Source: a virus
IMG/VR virus record: IMGVR_UViG_3300045135_001635
Strand: one strand, 5' to 3'
Length of the DNA stretch: 64,000 nt
In this document: piece by piece, positions 8,933 through 18,718 of the stretch
Numbering within the stretch: the first letter of the stretch is position 1
How the letters are laid out: the number at the start of each line of letters is the position of its first letter
Made by a program: the position numbers and the translations under genes
The notes under the pieces: model-generated
What the model was told of the DNA's origin: nothing
Seen by the model: only the letters and a program-made list of their open reading frames with translations
Databases searched by the model: none

Positions 8933-9583
8933 TTAAGCTTGTTTTGTGTAACGTTCTTTAGTGCTTCCCCACATCTGTTCGGCGTATATTTTACCGTCAC
9001 CTCGATATGGAGTAGACATAACACTATAGTGTTTTGGAATAGTATAATACGATGGCCATATAGTCAGTTTATGTTTCTCTGCGTCAGGAACAAACTGAGA
9101 AAGCCATTTATTACCAGTAGAATTCCAAGGCTTTGGATCTAATTCTTCTGGCTTTAATTTATGTAAAGTATCTATCAATAATTTAACAAACGTATTTCCT
9201 GGATTACAAGCTTGTACTGGCGATACCCAGTTCGGTGCTATTTTCGGATCACGATCGTTTTCAAAGATAGTATAAGCATAATCAGGTGGACTTGTGAATA
9301 CTTCGTCCATATTATGGTAGCATAGCGCATCAGCAGGCGGTAAGAAACCACCTTGCTCATATAGTAGCTCATAACGAATTAAGTCAGCGACGCCAGCCCA
9401 TACACCCATAGAGTAGTATTTATCTATTAAGTGTTGGTTATGCCAAGTCCTTGCTTTTAACATCTCATCAGTAAATACTGAGTATTCCCAATCAGGATGT
9501 TTTTCCTTCCAAGATTCGGTCCATTGTTTTGGTTGATCAAATGGACCGATCCAGATGTGCGTCATCTTTTTGACTAAATTCAT
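8933..9583 (-). CDS. Glycosyltransferase, GT32/OCH1-like sugar-binding family
   Basis: HIWIG...SWKEKHPDWEY...ADLIRYELLYEQGG; the canonical DxD is replaced by PPAD. Confidence 0.75.
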   Translation of the reverse strand: MNLVKKMTHIWIGPFDQPKQWTESWKEKHPDWEYSVFTDEMLKARTWHNQHLIDKYYSMGVWAGVADLIRYELLYEQGGFLPPADALCYHNMDEVFTSPPDYAYTIFENDRDPKIAPNWVSPVQACNPGNTFVKLLIDTLHKLKPEELDPKPWNSTGNKWLSQFVPDAEKHKLTIWPSYYTIPKHYSVMSTPYRGDGKIYAEQMWGSTKERYTKQA

Positions 9584-9597
9584 AATAAAGAAAAATC

Positions 9598-9864
9598 TTA
9601 TAGACCTTCGTCTTCAGCTTCTATCTCAATATCATCTTCAATATCTAATGGATCAGCACCATTAAAGATTGTATCAGCTACAGCTATTTTTTCTGCTTCT
9701 AAAGTATTCTGTACTTTGTCAGCTAATAGCGAATTAAATAACTCTTCTGATTGATTAAAATCGCCAGCAGCTATTGCGTCAATAAAATCGTTAATAGGAT
9801 CGTGTTCTACTTCTGTAGAATGATCTTCAACGTTTTCAATTTCATTATTTTCTAAATCACTCAT
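9598..9864 (-). CDS. Acidic prohead core-type protein (gp67 position)
   Basis: Very acidic 88-aa protein directly downstream of the portal gene. Confidence 0.6.
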   Translation of the reverse strand: MSDLENNEIENVEDHSTEVEHDPINDFIDAIAAGDFNQSEELFNSLLADKVQNTLEAEKIAVADTIFNGADPLDIEDDIEIEAEDEGL

Positions 9865-9873
9865 TATATCTCC

Positions 9874-11391
9874 TTAGATACCGTAGTCATCATCTTCAGC
9901 GTCGTCAGATTTTGCGTTTTCTGCTTCAACTTGTTTCTTCATTTCTTCGATGTCTTTATCATCCATCATCATTACGTTCTTCATTACCCACTCGCGCGAG
10001 AAATATTCACCGACGTATTGAGTAACTTGATCCATAGTACCAAGACGTTCACGTAATAACTCAGAGTCTTTCAACTCAGCAAAATGGTTATCACGGATGA
10101 AATCAACTTGGATTTCATTCTTCCAACCATTCCAATCTTGTTCAGTACATATACCTTTTAGAAGTAGCTGTTTTTTCAAGATACCTAAGAATAGGTGAGA
10201 GAATTTTTTACGTAAACGGTCAATGAACTTTTGGAACTTAACCTCATCGCGGTTGATTTCCGTAGAACGCCCCAAGCTAAACTGAGCTTCTTGTTCAAGT
10301 CTATTTAGAGGTACGTTAAGTGAGCGATATAGCTTCTTCTGGAAGTATAGGATATCGTCTATTTGACCTAAGTTCTCACCGCCAGGAAGTGTACTAATCT
10401 CAGTACCGCGCCCACCTTCACGACGAGGTAGCCAGAAATCTTCGAGCATAGACATATGTTTACGGTCATCTTTAATTTCACCGCTGTTTGCGTCATAGAC
10501 TACTTTGTTTCTATAACGTGACATAATGTCTTTAATGTGTTGCTCTGCTTTACCCTTCGGCATATTACCTACGTCAATATAAAAGATACGACGTTCAGGT
10601 GCGCGAGACATACGATAGATTACAAGTGAATCTTCCATCATACGTAATTGGTTAACTGGCTTAATTGCTTTATGTAGGTAAGATACAACGCGCTTCTTAG
10701 ATGAGTCGGTCAAGCCAGACGTCACGTAAGAAATAGAGTCAGGCGTTAATTTAATGCCTTGGTTCATACCAGCTTTTTCTTGGTATATGAAAAACTCGTT
10801 CGTCTTATCTACTATTTTTGCCCCAGTTTTAGGGTCTTTTTTATATTCCACTTCTTTTACTTTACGAATCTTCGTAGCATCAATCGGACGGATGTCTTTG
10901 ATACCAGCTTTTAAATTAGATTCGTTAACTAAGATGTGGTGATATAATCTACCGTCTACATACCAAGAACGGAACATATCGTGTCCGTGTTCTTCAAAGT
11001 TTAATAGGCTATAGATGTTTTCGAATTCTTCGGTGATCGTTTTCTTAATTCGATCAGGAGCTTCTACTTGGTCTAAGTTAATACTGACCGAAGCTTCTAA
11101 CTCAGATGATACGACAGCTTCATTAATAATATCTTCAATTGCTGCGTCTACTTCTGGATGTTCAGCGATACCGCGATACTTTTGAATAAGAGCAACATTA
11201 TCTTTCGCTGCTGCGCCTTCCATATCAATATACTGACCAAAGTGAGAACCAGATGCTGTCACATATCCTGCGCCGTCATCGTCAGTTTTTGGTACGATAG
11301 AAGGAGTTTTTTTATCTTCTTCTCCAGTACTCGCCTTTGAGACTTTCTTCAGTTCAAAACCAAATAATTGAAGTATACTATTGTCTGCCAT
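9874..11391 (-). CDS. gp20: Portal protein
   Basis: YRMSRAPERRIFYIDVGN, EDFWLPRREGGRGTEISTLPGG. Start moved to ATG 11391 (MADNS), which has a GAGGA SD. Confidence 0.97.
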   Translation of the reverse strand: MADNSILQLFGFELKKVSKASTGEEDKKTPSIVPKTDDDGAGYVTASGSHFGQYIDMEGAAAKDNVALIQKYRGIAEHPEVDAAIEDIINEAVVSSELEASVSINLDQVEAPDRIKKTITEEFENIYSLLNFEEHGHDMFRSWYVDGRLYHHILVNESNLKAGIKDIRPIDATKIRKVKEVEYKKDPKTGAKIVDKTNEFFIYQEKAGMNQGIKLTPDSISYVTSGLTDSSKKRVVSYLHKAIKPVNQLRMMEDSLVIYRMSRAPERRIFYIDVGNMPKGKAEQHIKDIMSRYRNKVVYDANSGEIKDDRKHMSMLEDFWLPRREGGRGTEISTLPGGENLGQIDDILYFQKKLYRSLNVPLNRLEQEAQFSLGRSTEINRDEVKFQKFIDRLRKKFSHLFLGILKKQLLLKGICTEQDWNGWKNEIQVDFIRDNHFAELKDSELLRERLGTMDQVTQYVGEYFSREWVMKNVMMMDDKDIEEMKKQVEAENAKSDDAEDDDYGI

Positions 11392-11410
11392 AATTTCCTC
11401 GAGATAATAT

Positions 11411-11448
11411 AAAAGTGGGTATGAGTTTCCCCACACCCACTACTTATA
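11411..11448 (-). terminator. Terminator hairpin after gp19, abutting a late-promoter variant (TATAAGTA)
   Basis: Minus strand TATAAGTA-GTGGGTGTGGG-GAAA-CTCATACCCAC-TTTT. Confidence 0.65.
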
Positions 11449-11454
11449 CGAATA

Positions 11455-11979
11455 TTAATTAGTCGTATTAGATTCCCAATATTGTACTTGCATCGTAACG
11501 CCAAACTCTTCAACTGTATCAACAGTTTCGTAGTTAAGGTCAATCGCAGCAACTAATGTAGGGAAGCATCCACGGAATGTGTATGTTTTCACTACTGAAC
11601 CGTCTTTATCTAACTGCTCAACAATTAAGTCAGCTTGATAGTCGACAGGATTCGTGATACCAACGTTCTCACTATGAGAGTTCATACCATTCATCCAACG
11701 TTCCATAGAGTCACGAACTGTGAAATCTGTATCATTTAATACAGTAATTTCCCACGGCTCGAACGTACGGTCGCCAGCAATTTTTAATTGACGTCCACGG
11801 AATGGAACTTCAATTACATTCATTACTGAAGCAGGTAACTGAGCAGCTTTACACAAGAATGATGTTAGTTCAACATCACCACCCGCATATCCTGGAAAGT
11901 TTACTTTAGCACGGAATAAATTAGGACGAGCACCGCCACCTTTTAATTTTGCTTTAAAGTCATCTACTCTTAAAGACAT
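11455..11979 (-). CDS. gp19: Tail tube protein
   Basis: GGGARPNLF, FRGRQLKIAGDRTFEPW, QLDKDG. Confidence 0.95.
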   Translation of the reverse strand: MSLRVDDFKAKLKGGGARPNLFRAKVNFPGYAGGDVELTSFLCKAAQLPASVMNVIEVPFRGRQLKIAGDRTFEPWEITVLNDTDFTVRDSMERWMNGMNSHSENVGITNPVDYQADLIVEQLDKDGSVVKTYTFRGCFPTLVAAIDLNYETVDTVEEFGVTMQVQYWESNTTN

Positions 11980-11991
11980 TATTTATTCTCC

Positions 11992-13575
11992 TTATACTAA
12001 GCCAACAACTTCTTCAAACTCAACACCAGTTCTAACAGCAACAAAGTTAAGAGTAACAAAGTTGATAGAACGAGCAGGTTTGATGAAGATAGAAGCAACA
12101 AATTCGTTACGGTCTATAACAGCTGGAGTGTTGTTTGATTCGTCACAAACAACGCGGAATTCTGTAATACCACGACGACCTTGGATTTCGCGTAATAACG
12201 GTTCAACGATATTAACAAACTCAGCACGAGTAAATTCATCGTTAAATTCGAACATTACATTCTTACCAGCAGTCTTAATAGAACGCTCAATAGTTAAGAA
12301 TAAACGACGAACGTTGATACGGTCAAACGCAGATGGACGTTCCATAAACGTCTTATCGCCATATAACACTACACCAGATCCTGGGATATTAGCGACAGGG
12401 TTGATTCCAGCTTTGTATAAATCATCACGTTGAGATTTAGACGGACTATAAGCAACATCAGTTACACCAAGGTAAATACCGCGACGATCGCCAGCAGGTG
12501 AGAACCAAGGAGCAGCTACATTATCAGTCGCAGCCATAAGACCAGCAGTTGAAGAAGCAGCAGGGATGAATACATACTTATCGTTGTACTTATCGTAAAC
12601 CTTAAAGAAGTTGTTATCCACTACAGCGTATGATGATTTAGCTAAGTTTCCAGCCCAAGAGATGATCTCTGAGTTAGCGTTTGACCCAGCAAGTACATTA
12701 TCACGTAATGGTGAAATGACAGCAACACAATCTTTACGTTGTTCAGCAACAGTAATTAATGAAGAAGCAGAAGCACCTTGAGCGCAGATTAAGAAATCAA
12801 CCTCAACAGCATCAACATCATTAAAGATAGAATAGTCGTAAGAAGGAGATGAAGTATCAGCACCACCAGATAAGGTGAAAGCTTCGATACCATTTTCGCC
12901 AGAATCAGCGCCAATCTCAATAACATCAGACATCCAAACGAAATCAGACTGTTTGTTTAATACATCAGATACGTAGTTGTTTGAACCCTGAGCGGTTTTA
13001 GCTCCAGGAGTTGTAGATACAAAAGCGAATAATTCTAATACGCCAGCAGAACCTAAGATTTCGCCGTCAACGTCTTTTACTACAACGTGAACTTCGTCAC
13101 CTACTGGTGCACTATCGAATAATCCTGCGTGAGTCCAAGTAGAAAAACCAGCTGATGTACATACTTCAACAGCAATTGAATTACCTAATGCGCCAGCGCA
13201 CTTAGCAAATACTGTTTGAGCAGAAGCGCTTGCGCTTACTGTAGTTTCCCAATGATTTTGGTTTTCGATCAATGTAGCTGTACCAGAAGAAGCGTTTACT
13301 GCGCCAGCGCCTGAACCACGAACTACGAATAGTGAATTTGAATATTTTAAGAAATATGCTGCTGATAAGAAATCTACAGCTGTTTCGTTTGTTGGTGTGC
13401 CAAATAATGATACAAGTTCGTTTTCAGATGAAACTTTAACTCGTTGATTAATTGGTCCCCATTTAAAGTCACCTACAAAAGCACCTGTAGAAGTTTGAAC
13501 GTTTGGCGCGACGCCAGTTAAGTCAATCTCTCTTACAGATACGGCAGGTGAAGCAGATGGAGTTGTTAATGCCAT
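11992..13575 (-). CDS. gp18: Tail sheath protein
   Basis: SPAVSVREIDLT, PWFSPAG, FDRINVRRLF, IKPARSINF. Confidence 0.96.
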   Translation of the reverse strand: MALTTPSASPAVSVREIDLTGVAPNVQTSTGAFVGDFKWGPINQRVKVSSENELVSLFGTPTNETAVDFLSAAYFLKYSNSLFVVRGSGAGAVNASSGTATLIENQNHWETTVSASASAQTVFAKCAGALGNSIAVEVCTSAGFSTWTHAGLFDSAPVGDEVHVVVKDVDGEILGSAGVLELFAFVSTTPGAKTAQGSNNYVSDVLNKQSDFVWMSDVIEIGADSGENGIEAFTLSGGADTSSPSYDYSIFNDVDAVEVDFLICAQGASASSLITVAEQRKDCVAVISPLRDNVLAGSNANSEIISWAGNLAKSSYAVVDNNFFKVYDKYNDKYVFIPAASSTAGLMAATDNVAAPWFSPAGDRRGIYLGVTDVAYSPSKSQRDDLYKAGINPVANIPGSGVVLYGDKTFMERPSAFDRINVRRLFLTIERSIKTAGKNVMFEFNDEFTRAEFVNIVEPLLREIQGRRGITEFRVVCDESNNTPAVIDRNEFVASIFIKPARSINFVTLNFVAVRTGVEFEEVVGLV

Positions 13576-13644
13576 AACTCTTTCCTTTTATCGGTTTGCG
13601 AATGATATGTTTTACATAATACGGATGAATTTCTTCAATAGCAT

Positions 13645-13652
13645 TATTTATA
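13645..13652 (-). promoter_or_regulatory. T4 late promoter TATAAATA
   Basis: Exact match upstream of gp18. Confidence 0.85.
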
Positions 13653-13664
13653 ACTTTTACAATC

Positions 13665-15290
13665 TTACCAATCTTCGGAAGAGAAACCATCAGGTACGTC
13701 AAACGTATGCCAACCGCTATTTAAGGGGTCTGTGAGGTCTACTTGATCCGCATAACCTAAACCGTCATCTATAATACCAAATGGCGGAACATCATCTTCG
13801 ATTTCTTTCATACGTTGTTCAAATAACATTTGCTTGATATTGACGTTAGCCATATCCATAAATGATTGAGTCGTTACAAAATAACCGAACATAACTAAGT
13901 TCATCATTAAATCATCGTGGTTACCATCACTTGCTTCATACGATAAACCCTTTGAGACGAACGTAGATATTTCCATAATTGTTTCTTCATCAGAAATATC
14001 TAATTTATTATTCTCAATAATATCTTTGATTCCAGAACAACCAATACGTTTGACTCGTTTATCCATACGAATACCAATAGCATTTGCCTTTACAGCAGAT
14101 TCTAAGTGAATATTCTCATATTCTAAATCTTGATATAGACCAACACAAACCATCATACCTTGGTCATTATTTTCTACAACGACGTAAGCTTCGTTATATA
14201 AATTTGCGTACTTGTATATAACGTTTGGGTATAAGAGAGGAGATATCGTGTTGTTTCGATAACAAGCAACTTGTTTAAATGGACGAACACTAACATCAAA
14301 TATAGTGAACGTTGAGTAATCACCACCACCGCCGTGAGATACGTCAACAGTCATAATGTATTCGTGGTCTTTAATTGGCTTTTCATATATCTTCATCAAA
14401 CCACCTTCCATCGTTTGGATCGGCGGTTTTGCTCTGAGGTCTAATAGAACTTGACCTTCAATTAATGTGTTACCTGTTCCGTAAAATGTATTACCAAATT
14501 CTTGGTCAAACTGTATCTGAGATGTGTTAGCGATAGTTTGATTCTTCCATTCCTCATCACGTCCAGGAACATCCCACCAATCCACTCTGAATGGTTTATA
14601 TTCATTGATACCTTGTACAGCACCTTCCCATATCTTTTGGTAGGTATTCCCTATGCCATTCGCCGTACTTGTTATGATAACTTTTGTATCTTTACCAGAT
14701 GATACAACAGGATATGTAGAAGTATAGAATTCCGCAGCATTTTCAACGAACGCAAATTCGTCAAGAAATAGTAAGTTAACAGACATACCACGAATAGATG
14801 AACCTGAAGTCGCAGCTGCGATAATACGTGAGTTATTTGAGAATTCGATTGAACCTTTGTTAAGTGCTTTACATCCTGGCTGTAAGAAGAACGGTAAGTT
14901 TTCGAGCATTAGCGTGATACGCGCTAACATTTCCCTCGCCGTCGCACCTTTGTTAGCCAATACCGCAATCGTCTTCTCAGGATGAAATAGAGCATACCAC
15001 AATAGATAACCAACCGAAGAAATAGATTTACCAGACTGACGACAAGCCAATATAATAGAAAAGCGATTTTCTTGAAAATGATCAAACATACGTTCTTGGT
15101 ATGGATATAGATCGAAATTAACCAGTCCTCTATCAAGATGCACCACCTTAACATATGTCTTACAGAAGTATGCTGGGTCACCCATACACTTCTTGTATTC
15201 AGATAACTTTTGCGGAGTCCACTCTTCGTCAACACCATCACGTTTCACATTTGGGTTGCCGAGGTAACTATTATTTTTAGTGTAATTCAT
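13665..15290 (-). CDS. gp17: Terminase large subunit
   Basis: YLGNPN, RQSGKS, FLDEFAF, STANG, DGNHDDLMM. Confidence 0.97.
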   Translation of the reverse strand: MNYTKNNSYLGNPNVKRDGVDEEWTPQKLSEYKKCMGDPAYFCKTYVKVVHLDRGLVNFDLYPYQERMFDHFQENRFSIILACRQSGKSISSVGYLLWYALFHPEKTIAVLANKGATAREMLARITLMLENLPFFLQPGCKALNKGSIEFSNNSRIIAAATSGSSIRGMSVNLLFLDEFAFVENAAEFYTSTYPVVSSGKDTKVIITSTANGIGNTYQKIWEGAVQGINEYKPFRVDWWDVPGRDEEWKNQTIANTSQIQFDQEFGNTFYGTGNTLIEGQVLLDLRAKPPIQTMEGGLMKIYEKPIKDHEYIMTVDVSHGGGGDYSTFTIFDVSVRPFKQVACYRNNTISPLLYPNVIYKYANLYNEAYVVVENNDQGMMVCVGLYQDLEYENIHLESAVKANAIGIRMDKRVKRIGCSGIKDIIENNKLDISDEETIMEISTFVSKGLSYEASDGNHDDLMMNLVMFGYFVTTQSFMDMANVNIKQMLFEQRMKEIEDDVPPFGIIDDGLGYADQVDLTDPLNSGWHTFDVPDGFSSEDW

Positions 15291-15840
15291 AAATCCAAAT
15301 TTGTAGACTTTTTCTGATAGGTGCGCTATCGGTTATTGAAGTAACACCGTGATGCACACCACCTCGTTGAATTAAACCTCTATTCCTTTTCGGTAAAATA
15401 GAAGTATAAAGTCCATCATCCTCTTCATTCATAGTGAACGAGAAAAGACCGCCATAGTCTCTATTCCATCCCTCTGTTAAATATATAGAAATTGCTGCTT
15501 TGTAATTTCCATCAGTATGCCAATTAATTCCAGCCTTTCCTTCGCCTTGGTATAATTGTATACAATAATCAGCTATATCAACCCCGAATGCTTCGTTACA
15601 ACGAGGGATAATTAATTCGTAGAGTTCGGGGTCAAGTGAATAATCAGTTCTCGTTACTCTAATGTCCCCAGATATCCCTTCGATTAGTCTTTTATCCCAA
15701 CCAACACTATTACTTGCGGATTGTTCGCCTAATTCATTTTCACAATAGTCATCTAAGAATTGTAATTCATCCTTAGAAAACATCTCATCAACGACGTGGA
15801 GAGATTTATTATTTGTCGCTGTCTTTAGAAGCGTCTTCAT
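15277..15840 (-). CDS. 2OG-Fe(II) oxygenase (prolyl-hydroxylase-like)
   Basis: INWHTD...YLTEGWNRDYGG...PKRNR...HGV...RKS. Confidence 0.8.
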   Translation of the reverse strand: MKTLLKTATNNKSLHVVDEMFSKDELQFLDDYCENELGEQSASNSVGWDKRLIEGISGDIRVTRTDYSLDPELYELIIPRCNEAFGVDIADYCIQLYQGEGKAGINWHTDGNYKAAISIYLTEGWNRDYGGLFSFTMNEEDDGLYTSILPKRNRGLIQRGGVHHGVTSITDSAPIRKSLQIWIYELH

Positions 15841-16210
15841 TAATCACCTTTTCATTTTCCAATAGCATTCTTTGTAGATCGGTTGTAGACCCAAGAAATA
15901 GATTATTATTGGTGACAGCGTTAGATTCTTTTGCTGGTTCGTCAGTCTTTTGAATCTCTTTATATTTTTTATTGAGATCCATTAACGAACCATTAACGTC
16001 AGCGATACCTTTGATCATACCAGAAAGTACTTCAAAGGCACGCGGGTGTTCACTCTCGCGAGCAACTTCAATCATTAATTCAAGAGACTCTCGTCCCTTT
16101 TCAATTAAATCGTAGTAAGTCTCGCGAGAATATTCATAGTCTTGTTCGTGAACAAAATTACGTTTTTCTTTTTCGTTAATCGAAATTAAATTTTTATTCG
16201 AATCGCTCAT
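15809..16210 (-). CDS. gp16: Terminase small subunit
   Basis: DYEYSR, ESEHPRAFEV, NNNLFLGSTTDLQRML. Confidence 0.92.
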   Translation of the reverse strand: MSDSNKNLISINEKEKRNFVHEQDYEYSRETYYDLIEKGRESLELMIEVARESEHPRAFEVLSGMIKGIADVNGSLMDLNKKYKEIQKTDEPAKESNAVTNNNLFLGSTTDLQRMLLENEKVINEDASKDSDK

Positions 16211-16964
16211 CGTTTATCTCAATATTAAAACCATAGTCGCTGTCAGGACTCACACCAATTGGGTCTGGCGTAATATTTATATTATGGATAAAAGAGTCGC
16301 TTTCTTCGTCTATAGTGAATAAATTAGTATTAACTTCTCGAATAATAGAACCTTCATATTCTGGTCCATAGAAGTTCATTTTCATTTCAAAGTCGAGTGT
16401 GTAAATGATTGTACGTCTTTGTTCAATTGGTCCTTCAAAATCATCTTGGAAGTTCACGCCAGTTAAAATAATAGGAGTATCTTCTCTATGTTCAGGATGA
16501 TCTGAAAACGGCTTTACAGAAAGCGTATGCTGAGGAGCAAAGTATGGTAAGATTTGCTCAACTACTTGTAGAGCGTCATCTTGAGTTTTAGCGTATACAT
16601 TGAGTTGAAACGCCATCGTATAGGGGGTTCCCGTATACAGAGTGCGCTTATTATCGTCACCGCTGGACAATGTGAACCTATTCATTTTAGGGAGCTGTCG
16701 TTGTGCGTCGTAAAACATACTGACTATTTCAAACGACATCCGAGGTAGCTTAACAGCAACGCGACGTTCAGCTTCTTCACCGTTAGTCATTTGCTCAAGA
16801 CGTTCTATAAAGTCTCGCTTCGGAGCATATGATAGAGGTACTTTGACTTGAGATAAAACTTCACCACTTGCTTTTGTTCTTAAAACGTGTAAGTCATCAA
16901 ACAAAGAACCAAATACCGCAACAGCAGTACGAACGTGCTTGTTATAAAAATAATTTCCCATCAT
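16194..16964 (-). CDS. gp15: Tail sheath stabiliser / completion protein
   Basis: FGSLFDD, VPLSYAPK, LPRMSFE, QVVEQILPYF. Confidence 0.93.
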   Translation of the reverse strand: MMGNYFYNKHVRTAVAVFGSLFDDLHVLRTKASGEVLSQVKVPLSYAPKRDFIERLEQMTNGEEAERRVAVKLPRMSFEIVSMFYDAQRQLPKMNRFTLSSGDDNKRTLYTGTPYTMAFQLNVYAKTQDDALQVVEQILPYFAPQHTLSVKPFSDHPEHREDTPIILTGVNFQDDFEGPIEQRRTIIYTLDFEMKMNFYGPEYEGSIIREVNTNLFTIDEESDSFIHNINITPDPIGVSPDSDYGFNIEINDERFE

Positions 16965-17848
16965 TAGCTTATATCTCCGAATGGATTACCTTCAGAAAAG
17001 TCCAAGAAGTCATCCGCAAAATTATCAAACACTTTATCTTGAGATAGTGGTTGAATTTCATTCACGCCATCGTCAACTGAGATAGGCATAAAGCGAGCGC
17101 CTGATTCCGATACGATTTCTCTATCAGTCGTCCAGAAGTGTAAGTTACCATCATCAGCACCAGTATGTGCGATTTTAAGAATACGAGTCTCGCTATTCCA
17201 AGCAGTAACCTCACCTTCAAGTTCAAAGTCGTCGAACGTTTGATAGACATATTCACCAGTCTGATAGAAACCGCCTTGGTCAGAATCTGGTTCAGCCATT
17301 TGAACGTGATACTGATAAGCGTGTTCTTCTTCAACAACATCAATCGCATCAATACCTGTATCAAAGTCTTCATCCGAGAACTCAAACAATTCACACTGCA
17401 TACGGAATAAAGGTAACTGACTCAATTGATAGAACGGAGATTCAGTTTCTACTTTCTTAACTTCAAATAAAGATTCTGATAGTGGTAAAAATATGACGTC
17501 ACCTTCACGTGGGCGAAATTGTTTCTCGTCTAAACGGTCGCCAATTAAATCTCTCCAACGACGACGAGCCACAACGAACGTAGCTTGGTCACGTAACTCA
17601 ATACCAAACTTAGTGAACAGGTCACCTTCTCCGTCGAAGCCTTCGGTGTTTTCAATATAAACTTCTACTTTATAAGCGTCAGAGAATTGAGATTGAATTG
17701 CGTCTAAGAATATTTCTTCACGCTCGATAATTTCACGTGGAAGATAATATACGTCTTGTCCGTAAAACTTTATAGATTCGACGATCAAGTCTTCATAAAG
17801 AGCTTGCTCAGAACGAACCTTTTGGCTCATATAAGGATTAGTCGCCAT
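16964..17848 (-). CDS. gp14: Neck protein
   Basis: EQALYEDLIVESIKFYGQDVYYLPR, RPREGD, FLDFSEGNPFG. Confidence 0.93.
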   Translation of the reverse strand: MATNPYMSQKVRSEQALYEDLIVESIKFYGQDVYYLPREIIEREEIFLDAIQSQFSDAYKVEVYIENTEGFDGEGDLFTKFGIELRDQATFVVARRRWRDLIGDRLDEKQFRPREGDVIFLPLSESLFEVKKVETESPFYQLSQLPLFRMQCELFEFSDEDFDTGIDAIDVVEEEHAYQYHVQMAEPDSDQGGFYQTGEYVYQTFDDFELEGEVTAWNSETRILKIAHTGADDGNLHFWTTDREIVSESGARFMPISVDDGVNEIQPLSQDKVFDNFADDFLDFSEGNPFGDIS

Positions 17849-17851
17849 ATT

Positions 17852-18622
17852 CTACCCCATAAAGAAGATCGGACCTTCATCCTCTTCTTCTCTAAATTTT
17901 TCCATAATCTTTTCAATATCTTGTAGCGCATCTTCATATATTTGACGAGCATTAACCGTCACACCGCCAGGAAGAGTCATACCGTCAAACTTGATCATAT
18001 TAAGACCCCATTGACGTTTAATAAGTGCGGTGGTATAAGCTTTTAAGAACTTGTGATTCCATAGACAGTTGTACGTAATAAGACTGTCATCTGGTCTACG
18101 AATTCCATATACTTCAAATACTACGAAGTCGCCTTCTTGTAGTCTTGATTTGGAAACGTGTAGGTTGATACGATTGTATTGACGGTCAAATGTCACTTGA
18201 GGTTGACCAGCAAGTTTCATATCAAGTAACGATAACTGTTGCTGCATCTGTTCATAGTGAGCGAGGTCGCCGAGGATACCGTGTCCGCTCGTGAAGTCAG
18301 TAATAGTATACTTCATAAATTGCCAAGCATCAGAGAACCAACCTGTCTTTGTCGTACTTACCGTCATCGGCAACATACGAACTACAGCATTCAGATCCAT
18401 ATCAGGATCGAACTGTACAAATTGATTATCAATATCTTCTTGAGTCAATTGATGTTTGACATAATAACGACGCGTTCCGTCAGGATGATGTTCGCGGAAC
18501 CACTGTAGCGCTTCGTCGATACGATCTTCTAATTGTTCGTCGTCAACATTAATCTCGACCACAGGATAACCTAATGCTCGGAGACAATATTCGATTAATT
18601 CTTCTCGGTTAGTTACGTACAT
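17852..18622 (-). CDS. gp13: Neck protein
   Basis: YCLRALGYPVVEINV, KRQWG.N..KF.G..LPGGVT.N. Confidence 0.93.
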   Translation of the reverse strand: MYVTNREELIEYCLRALGYPVVEINVDDEQLEDRIDEALQWFREHHPDGTRRYYVKHQLTQEDIDNQFVQFDPDMDLNAVVRMLPMTVSTTKTGWFSDAWQFMKYTITDFTSGHGILGDLAHYEQMQQQLSLLDMKLAGQPQVTFDRQYNRINLHVSKSRLQEGDFVVFEVYGIRRPDDSLITYNCLWNHKFLKAYTTALIKRQWGLNMIKFDGMTLPGGVTVNARQIYEDALQDIEKIMEKFREEEDEGPIFFMG

Positions 18623-18649
18623 TTTACTCTTCCAATTGTATAGTGTTAC

Positions 18650-18657
18650 TATTTATA
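18650..18657 (-). promoter_or_regulatory. T4 late promoter TATAAATA
   Basis: Exact match upstream of gp13. Confidence 0.85.
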
Positions 18658-18670
18658 CATTTTTAAAATA

Positions 18671-18695
18671 AAAAAAGGGAGACCGAAGTCTCCCC
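18671..18695 (-). terminator. Rho-independent terminator
   Basis: GGGAGAC-TTCG-GTCTCCC-TTTTTT. Confidence 0.9.
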
Positions 18696-18718
18696 TTGTA
18701 TTTTTAGTAAGAACTAAA

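Noticed and set aside
11391-11436. ORF-track N-terminal extensions of gp20 (11436) and uvsW (4059)
   Set aside because: The extensions overlap a terminator or the upstream gene; better starts are at 11391 and 4032.
15277-15840. Prolyl-4-hydroxylase acting on the phage collagen
   Set aside because: The collagen has Pro almost exclusively at X rather than the Y position that P4H modifies, so the link is unsupported.
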